DNA of 64,000 nucleotides from Thermoproteota archaeon (GTDB lineage: Archaea; Thermoproteota; Nitrososphaeria_A; Caldarchaeales; Calditenuaceae), in contig JAUQPU010000001.1 in the NCBI GenBank assembly GCA_030550235.1, positions 381,068 to 445,067 of the forward strand. The letters run 5' to 3'. A program made the translations under genes and the position numbers. The notes under the pieces are model-generated. The model was not told the DNA's origin. It did not search any database and saw nothing but the letters and a program-made list of their open reading frames with translations. Below, piece by piece: positions 58,572 through 64,000 of this stretch. Position 1 is the stretch's first letter; every line of letters starts with the position of its first letter.

Positions 58572-59904
58572 GCCTACGCAGCCTGTTAGCGTGTCAAGCA
58601 GATTTCTCCTATTATTGAGCCGAGACAGTCTTCTAAACACTATTGTGCTAACAGCTTTTATTACGCAGACACTCCATATGATAGAGCATAGCGCCCAGAT
58701 GTATCAGCACGTTGTCCTTGGCCTGCCAGCTAAGCTTTCTAACGGGCTCCTATTCTTCCTAGACCTAGAGTGGAATCACTTCCTCTTCAACACGCTCTAT
58801 TTAACATTTCTAATCATAATATTTGCAAGGCTGAAACCCTGGTTAACCACTGGCCTAAGTGAGAAGGAGATGCTCCCAATACTCTTCACCACTGGGCTAT
58901 TTATACAATCCTACCATGTTCTGGAACATACATACAGAATGTACGAGTTTCTAACAATAGGATGCACACCATGCTCAGGGATATTGGGAAGATTCTTTGA
59001 CATGGTTCACTTTCACTTTTTCTTAAACCTAGCTGCCTACCCGTTAATTGCTGCCTTGTTTGTTAAAGCCGGGGGTTTAAGACAGCTGCTCAATCCATCA
59101 CCGACAGACGAGACGCATGAGGCTCCTTGGCATAAGCTCGTCAAATCTCCTGCACCAGTATTGGGCATAGTTCTAGTTTATGGCCTTTATACTGGCTATT
59201 CTGTTGAAGCCTACCTGCTCGGCACAACAGTCTTTACAGCCATTGGTGTGGCACTATTTCTCTCCATTTTTGAAGGAGACCTGATACGAAACATTATGGA
59301 CGCTATTGTTGTTGCGTTTTTGGCAGTTATGTGCATCACGTCGTATTTTAGTGCATTGGCTATAGTCTTGGTCAGCCTCTTCTCTGCTAGGGTTTTGCAA
59401 AGATCAAGGGCTCCGGCGCTGAATTATATAGCATTCTCATTCGCAGCGATTCTTACTCTTTCTATGCCTTCGCTTGTTGCCTCACGGTGGGGCAACTACA
59501 ATCTCTACACCTTCTTCACATTGCTCCTTTTTCTCGGCCTCTCAATAAACGCCCTCTCTAAAACAACGGACATTGTTCTAGCTTATATCACTACATGGAT
59601 AACACTATTTATCCCTTTTGAGTTGGCACGGCTAGCCGTTGCTCCCGGCGAGGCGCTTCTCCTACTCCCATCCCACGCCCTAAAAGTGTTTACCAATCCT
59701 ATTTTGATCCTTATAGCCTTCTTCATCGTCCCGCTCCAGAATACTTTTCCACCAAAAAGGTGGCGTATAGTGTATCCAATAGGCTGTGTAACAATTTCTT
59801 TCTTACTATCCTACATCATTCCTATTGATGTAGCGGCCTTCTCTGGCATAGCACTAGCCAACATAGCATATATCGTTGTTGACTGGGCTCTCCACAGAGG
59901 ATAA
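58546..59904 (+). CDS. Hypothetical polytopic membrane protein with duplicated H-x-x-E-H-x4-MY motif and a CxxC (possible membrane metalloenzyme)
   Basis: 452 aa (start possibly at 58561); HMIEHSAQMY and HVLEHTYRMY internal repeat in the first two helices, CTPCSG; overlaps FG-GAP gene by 26 nt. Confidence 0.5.
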   Translation: MDCRGMKSEPTQPVSVSSRFLLLLSRDSLLNTIVLTAFITQTLHMIEHSAQMYQHVVLGLPAKLSNGLLFFLDLEWNHFLFNTLYLTFLIIIFARLKPWLTTGLSEKEMLPILFTTGLFIQSYHVLEHTYRMYEFLTIGCTPCSGILGRFFDMVHFHFFLNLAAYPLIAALFVKAGGLRQLLNPSPTDETHEAPWHKLVKSPAPVLGIVLVYGLYTGYSVEAYLLGTTVFTAIGVALFLSIFEGDLIRNIMDAIVVAFLAVMCITSYFSALAIVLVSLFSARVLQRSRAPALNYIAFSFAAILTLSMPSLVASRWGNYNLYTFFTLLLFLGLSINALSKTTDIVLAYITTWITLFIPFELARLAVAPGEALLLLPSHALKVFTNPILILIAFFIVPLQNTFPPKRWRIVYPIGCVTISFLLSYIIPIDVAAFSGIALANIAYIVVDWALHRG

Positions 59905-59924
59905 GAAGTGGCCTCTATCTACTG

Positions 59925-60677
59925 CTACGCCTGTTTTTCTCGGCTTTCCTCAACCTCTATCTCGCCGACCCTCACCTTCACCGCGACCCTCTCCTCCTCC
60001 CTCTCTATTTTTCCATCACGTATCCATAGAATCCTGTCAGATACATCTATCATCTTCAAGTCGTGGGTCGCTGCTATGACTGTAACTTTCCTATCCAAGT
60101 TAAGCTGTTTTAGCAGGTCTATAATTTGCCTGCCAGTCTTCAGGTCAAGGTTTCCGGTTGGCTCATCTGCCAGTATTATGCTTGGGTCATTGGCTAATGC
60201 CCTAGCTATCGCGACCCTCTGCTGCTGACCTCCGGAGAGTTCCATAGGTCTGTGATGGAGCCTGTCGCCAAGCCCAACTGTCTGGAGGAGTTCAGTAGCC
60301 TTTCTAAACCTATCCTCCCTGCTGACGCCTGCGAAAATCATGGGAAGCATCACATTCTCTAATGCCGTCAATGTTGGGATGAGATTAAAAGTTTGGAAGA
60401 TGTACCCAATCTTTCTATTTCTGAGCCAAGCCAGCTCGTATGAGTCTAGCTTCGAGATATCGACGCCATCGACATAGACTGTACCCTCCGTGGGCTTGTC
60501 TAGTCCACCGATCATGTTGAATAGAGTAGTCTTGCCTGAGCCTGAGGGGCCCATAATAGAGATATACTCGCCGCGATAGATCTTGAGATCAACGCCGTCT
60601 AGGGCTACAACATCAACTTTTCCCAGCTTATAGATCTTTTTTAAACCCTCGGTCGCGACTACGACCTCTCTTGCCAA
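59925..60677 (-). CDS. ABC transporter ATP-binding protein, MacB/LolD/FtsE type (partner class for FtsX permeases)
   Basis: 250 aa; Walker A GPSGSGKTT, Q-loop, signature LSGGQQQR, Walker B ILADEPTGNLD, H-loop ATHD. Confidence 0.85.
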   Translation of the reverse strand: MAREVVVATEGLKKIYKLGKVDVVALDGVDLKIYRGEYISIMGPSGSGKTTLFNMIGGLDKPTEGTVYVDGVDISKLDSYELAWLRNRKIGYIFQTFNLIPTLTALENVMLPMIFAGVSREDRFRKATELLQTVGLGDRLHHRPMELSGGQQQRVAIARALANDPSIILADEPTGNLDLKTGRQIIDLLKQLNLDRKVTVIAATHDLKMIDVSDRILWIRDGKIEREEERVAVKVRVGEIEVEESREKQA

Positions 60678-60712
60678 CTCACTCGGAATATGTTGTTCGC
60701 TAAATAAAAATC

Positions 60713-61813
60713 TTATGGAGAGCTTTCATATTCACGCTCGGTTAATTCTGAGAACTTTCTTGGGTTATAGGTTGATGGGCCTGAAGCGGGTGGGGCTGTA
60801 TTGAGTAGGAGCCCCCTCTCTAATACTTCCTCCCAGCTCAGTGTGTTAGTGGCGACTAATACCTCGATGGGTAGGAGCATTGGTTTTGGGAACCGTGCTT
60901 GGTCCTCAATGCTCAGCCGCGGGCAGGCAGTGTTGACGTAGGCATCGTAGGTGAAGTCAGCTAGGTTATTTACATCTATCTCGTCTGACATGATTATGCT
61001 TGCCTCTCGCCCGCTATCTATAATTATTTTTTTGAGCCTTTGTGCTAGCCCCATCATGTATTGGCCCGGCTTTCTGCTCACGAGTATCGCGACTCTCCGC
61101 GCCTCTCTGAATTTTTGAATCATGTAATACCTGGTGGCCAGTATTCTTTTGGCCCTCTCGCTCATCCATTCGACCCGTTGGGCGTGGGGGTCAACCATGA
61201 GCGTCGGTTTCTGGGATGTGAGGGCGATACCAAGAGCATGGAAGACTGAGCCCACGACAAGGAAGCTGTCAACCATCGATTCTATACTCTTCAACGATGT
61301 GTAGTCACATCCTAGGACCTGCCCCCTGTGAGCTAGGTGACCGCCGGGTTCACCTACCAAGACGGTGTATCCCATGGCTCTAAGATCGTTCGTGAACTGG
61401 GTTAGGTGGTTGAGCCACTGGACGCTAAGCCCCACGCCTACCTTCCTATACCCGTTTTTCTCCAACTCCGTCGATATTGACGAGATAAGGTCCCTTAGTG
61501 GCTTGTAGTCTCTGTAGCGCGCCTCGACGTAGAGTACTGGGAGCTCGGTGTGAGAGAGAAATGGCGCGTGTCCCACGTGTATGATGGCATCGGCCCCCAC
61601 CCTCCTAGCCTCTTCAATAGCTATGTCGCATCCGCCCCACGTCGGGCTTGATGAGATGATGGCCTCAACTCCAGTCTGGCGTACCATCCTATCCAGCTGC
61701 TCAGCCATGCCTCTAAGGCCTAGAGGGGATTGAATAAGTACCCGGCGGGGAGACACCATCCTCAACCATTCGAAGATCTCCGCACTGTCGAGCTCTACAG
61801 ACAGATTAACCAC
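60713..61813 (-). CDS. dph2: 2-(3-amino-3-carboxypropyl)histidine synthase (diphthamide biosynthesis, radical-SAM-like Dph2)
   Basis: 366 aa; three-domain Dph2 architecture with conserved cysteines (GGCDIA..., LGCDY, TACPRL). Confidence 0.75.
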   Translation of the reverse strand: MVNLSVELDSAEIFEWLRMVSPRRVLIQSPLGLRGMAEQLDRMVRQTGVEAIISSSPTWGGCDIAIEEARRVGADAIIHVGHAPFLSHTELPVLYVEARYRDYKPLRDLISSISTELEKNGYRKVGVGLSVQWLNHLTQFTNDLRAMGYTVLVGEPGGHLAHRGQVLGCDYTSLKSIESMVDSFLVVGSVFHALGIALTSQKPTLMVDPHAQRVEWMSERAKRILATRYYMIQKFREARRVAILVSRKPGQYMMGLAQRLKKIIIDSGREASIIMSDEIDVNNLADFTYDAYVNTACPRLSIEDQARFPKPMLLPIEVLVATNTLSWEEVLERGLLLNTAPPASGPSTYNPRKFSELTEREYESSP

Positions 61814-61825
61814 CCCTGTTAAACC

Positions 61826-61884
61826 ATAGCTCAGACCACTTCGAGGCTCTTCACAATCTCCGCACTCGGCAAATTCATCATCGC
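61826..61884 (-). ncRNA. Candidate C/D box sRNA (2'-O-methylation guide)
   Basis: Minus-strand transcript GGCG-AUGAUGA(C)-12 nt-CGGA(D' variant)-GAUU-GUGAAGA(C' variant)-12 nt-UCUGA(D): canonical C/D-spacing in a 59-nt intergenic element; L7Ae encoded in this window. Confidence 0.3.
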
Positions 61885-61946
61885 CAAGATAAAATAGTAT
61901 GGGGCAGCTATTATGTATTGCTTACGAGTAAAAATTGACCCCGTGT

Positions 61947-62573
61947 TTATTTGACTTGGCGTCTAATTACTGGCTGCTTGGCTGGGATGTTAGGGAGTGT
62001 AGCCACTATTCTGCTGTATATTGCGTAGGCTGGGAGTACACTTAGGAAGACGTGTAGGATGTTGAAGATGGATGTGAAAGCCACCATCACTGTTGCGAGG
62101 GTTAAGTCTGACTCCACTGAGATACCTATGCCTCCTAGCACCTTCCTCGAGAAGGGAAGATAGACGCTCGGGAATAGATAATAATATAGGATAAAGGTGG
62201 CTGCTGCCATGATAACAGTCCTCAGGAGAAGAGACAGGGAGACGCCGTTCAGCGCCGTCGAGCCTCCCTTAATGCGAGACGCTATCTCCAATCCAGCGAT
62301 GGTGGTTAGAACAGCTAGGAGCTTCATGGTTGGCCCAACCAGCTGATGAAATGGTGTCCCGAAGTTTAGGGCAATCCAGTGGGCAATGGCCGCGACTAGT
62401 CCTCCGGAGAGGCCAAACAAGAGGTAGGCGAGAATGTCCGGTATCTCGGAGAAGTCGAACGACAGGAATGGCAGGAGAGGGAAGCGGATATGTAGCCTCA
62501 TCAGCGAGAGGGCGTAGGCCAGGGCTGCCAAAGTCGCCACGCCTGCAACCCATTTTGTATTAACTCGCACCAT
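61947..62573 (-). CDS. Small polytopic membrane protein (ECF-transporter S-component-like, tentative); paralog of 63011-63724
   Basis: 208 aa, about 6 TM; shared block LPFLSFDFSEIPDILAYLLFG...HWIALNFG with paralog. Confidence 0.55.
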   Translation of the reverse strand: MVRVNTKWVAGVATLAALAYALSLMRLHIRFPLLPFLSFDFSEIPDILAYLLFGLSGGLVAAIAHWIALNFGTPFHQLVGPTMKLLAVLTTIAGLEIASRIKGGSTALNGVSLSLLLRTVIMAAATFILYYYLFPSVYLPFSRKVLGGIGISVESDLTLATVMVAFTSIFNILHVFLSVLPAYAIYSRIVATLPNIPAKQPVIRRQVK

Positions 62574-62665
62574 AGCGTACTGATTAAAGAGAATAGAGTC
62601 TAATAAGTATGCAATTCATTGTCATATTCTTTGAGCATTAAATCACCAATAAATGAATCTCTATA

Positions 62666-62968
62666 TCACTCACTTGTGATAATTCCCATCGAAGCTAAGG
62701 AATTATACAATGACTCTATGTTCAGCCCCTTCTTGACCGATACAACCCTGCTCCGTCCCACCTCGTAGATGTTTACCAGTCCAGCCTTGCGAAGGATAGC
62801 TATGTGCCTATAGACCGCCGAATACCTCTTCTTCAACAATCGCGCGTATGCTTTAATGTGGAGTGGCCTTTCGTTCTCAGCAGCTATGAGGAGTATTTTG
62901 AGCCTGGTCGTGTTTCCGAGGGCATTAAATATTCCACCCAATTCAGCCAACTTCTGCTCCGACAACAT
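62666..62968 (-). CDS. ArsR/SmtB-family winged-HTH transcriptional regulator
   Basis: 100 aa; LGNTTRLKILLIAAENERPLHIKAYARLLKKRYSAVYRHIAILRKAGLV wHTH pattern. Confidence 0.75.
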   Translation of the reverse strand: MLSEQKLAELGGIFNALGNTTRLKILLIAAENERPLHIKAYARLLKKRYSAVYRHIAILRKAGLVNIYEVGRSRVVSVKKGLNIESLYNSLASMGIITSE

Positions 62969-63010
62969 GTCAATTATATCTTAGATTAGTGTTTATAATA
63001 ATTATTATTT

Positions 63011-63724
63011 TTGATACTCAGCCATGTGTTGCTACTCATGCTTTATAAGATGAGCCGGTATGGGGCACATAGAGGGGCGTTGCTTAAGAGTAGAGACTTT
63101 ATGATAGGAGCTGTTTTTGGTGGTCTAGCCTTCACGATGGGGTTTCTGCCCCTCAGCTTCATGTTCCCTCCTCTTCCCTACCTAAAGTTCGACTTCGCAG
63201 AGATCCCTTCCTTTATAGCGATGCTGATGTTCGGTCCAGCTATAGGATTCATATCCGCCACAAGCCACTTTATCGCGCTGCTCATGTTCGGGGAATGGAG
63301 CCCCGTTGGCCCCATAATGAAATATCTAGCGGTCTCATCTAGCCTTTTAGGTTTCTGGATGGCTGCTCGCCTGACAGATGGGAGGGGAATTAGGGTCTGC
63401 TCTCTCTCGCTGGCCCTATTCGGGGCCGCCGTAAGAGTGGTACTCTTGGGCCTAGCTAACTATGTTCTACTGACCGTCCTCTTCCCCTTTTTCCTGGACT
63501 TCGGGGCCCAGTCTCTAGCAAGCGTTATGGGGCTTACAATACCCACGTTCGAGGAAAAGCTCTTCTTCGTGCTATTATTCACAGGCTTCTACAACGCGCT
63601 ACATATTCCCCTCTCGATGATTCCAGCCCTACTCATCACGCGCTCCCTCGCGCCTGTCTCTCCCCTACTGGGCTCCTCATCACCTTGGATAACTACCGTT
63701 GCCCAGGCTAAGAGAAACAAGTAG
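63011..63724 (+). CDS. Small polytopic membrane protein (ECF-transporter S-component-like, tentative); paralog of 61947-62573
   Basis: 237 aa, about 6 TM; LPYLKFDFAEIPSFIAMLMFG...HFIALLMFG block shared with paralog. Confidence 0.55.
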   Translation: MILSHVLLLMLYKMSRYGAHRGALLKSRDFMIGAVFGGLAFTMGFLPLSFMFPPLPYLKFDFAEIPSFIAMLMFGPAIGFISATSHFIALLMFGEWSPVGPIMKYLAVSSSLLGFWMAARLTDGRGIRVCSLSLALFGAAVRVVLLGLANYVLLTVLFPFFLDFGAQSLASVMGLTIPTFEEKLFFVLLFTGFYNALHIPLSMIPALLITRSLAPVSPLLGSSSPWITTVAQAKRNK

Positions 63725-63738
63725 AAGGCTGTAATGAG

Positions 63739-64000
63739 CTACATGACCCCTGGGGCGCGTCCCCGCTTATATAATCTCTCCAAAGCCCTCGCGGCTTTAA
63801 TCTGCTCTATCTCTTCGTCAAGCCTCCTATAGTCGAGCGTGATGCCGAGTATCTTTGATAATACCTCTAACACAGCCTTAGCGGCGGCAGGCTGTCTAAC
63901 ATGTGGGTCGCCGATTTCACCAAGCAGGCATGCGCCTGTCAGCCCCCGCTCGCGTGCAATCCCTAGTAATAGACCGTTAAATCCTGTAATGTATCCTTCA
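63739..64000 (-). CDS. C-terminal fragment of a PAC2-family (proteasome assembly chaperone-like, COG1938) protein; 5' end beyond window
   Basis: Minus-strand translation ...EGYITGFNGLLLGIARERGLTGACLLGEIGDPHVRQPAAAKAVLEVLSKILGITLDYRRLDEEIEQIKAARALERLYKRGRAPGVM* resembles the C-terminal region of archaeal PAC2-like proteins. Confidence 0.35.
   Translation of the reverse strand, partial: EGYITGFNGLLLGIARERGLTGACLLGEIGDPHVRQPAAAKAVLEVLSKILGITLDYRRLDEEIEQIKAARALERLYKRGRAPGVM

Noticed and set aside
1-64000. CRISPR arrays, cas genes, restriction-modification or other recognisable defence systems, transposases or IS elements
   Set aside because: No regularly spaced direct repeats were seen on reading the intergenic regions, and no ORF resembles Cas, methyltransferase, helicase-nuclease, transposase or integrase families.

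Overview
The window reads as a segment of an archaeal chromosome, most likely from a thermophilic crenarchaeon. The evidence for an archaeal origin is the ribosomal proteins L7Ae, S28e, L24e, S17e and L40e, NAC, Dph2, the archaeal-type CoA pathway genes, a Rieske/cytochrome b pair and short or leaderless 5' regions with TATA-like boxes. Genes are densely packed on both strands, with many 4-nt start/stop overlaps. I found no CRISPR array, cas gene, transposase or integrase.

The left two thirds (1-42.5 kb) are mainly housekeeping and biosynthetic genes:
- the ribosomal protein cluster rpl7ae-rps28e-rpl24e with ndk downstream, then carAB and an orphan CoxL-like molybdopterin subunit
- an archaeal CoA operon in the order pantoate kinase, phosphopantothenate synthetase, panB, panE, followed by thiL
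- leuS, an ArsB/NhaD-type transporter, and a Rieske/cytochrome b operon that ends in a small acidic ORF
- a cluster of a CobY-like nucleotidyltransferase, a nitroreductase and CofD, whose CofD has no canonical start codon, plus two luciferase-like (LLM) oxidoreductases elsewhere in the window
- tRNA-Met(CAU) next to a 577-aa wHTH fusion protein
- NAC, a sugar-phosphate nucleotidyltransferase, an AN1 zinc finger fused to a site-2-protease-like metalloprotease, fni, rps17e and a Liv-type ABC transporter
- an aldo/keto reductase, an IolB-like isomerase, an rpl40e that the ORF track missed, and trpB2

The right third (about 42.6-63.7 kb) is a region dominated by membrane proteins and looks like the best place to find an undescribed system. 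It holds:
- an orphan PqqD-like peptide-chaperone gene that overlaps a minimal FtsX-only permease and a TIM-barrel enzyme
- a 1057-aa FtsX permease with a USP-like tail and no adjacent ATPase; the only MacB/FtsE-type ATPase is 11 kb away
- a GT-C (PMT/ArnT-like) glycosyltransferase
- a divergent pair of paralogous polytopic membrane proteins of about 650 aa
- an operon of TIM-barrel isomerase, Gfo/Idh/MocA oxidoreductase, FG-GAP/ASPIC protein and a membrane protein carrying a duplicated H-x-x-E-H motif
- a second divergent pair of small membrane proteins flanking an ArsR regulator
- a candidate C/D box sRNA

All functional calls rest on motif and family recognition by eye. I ran no database search.
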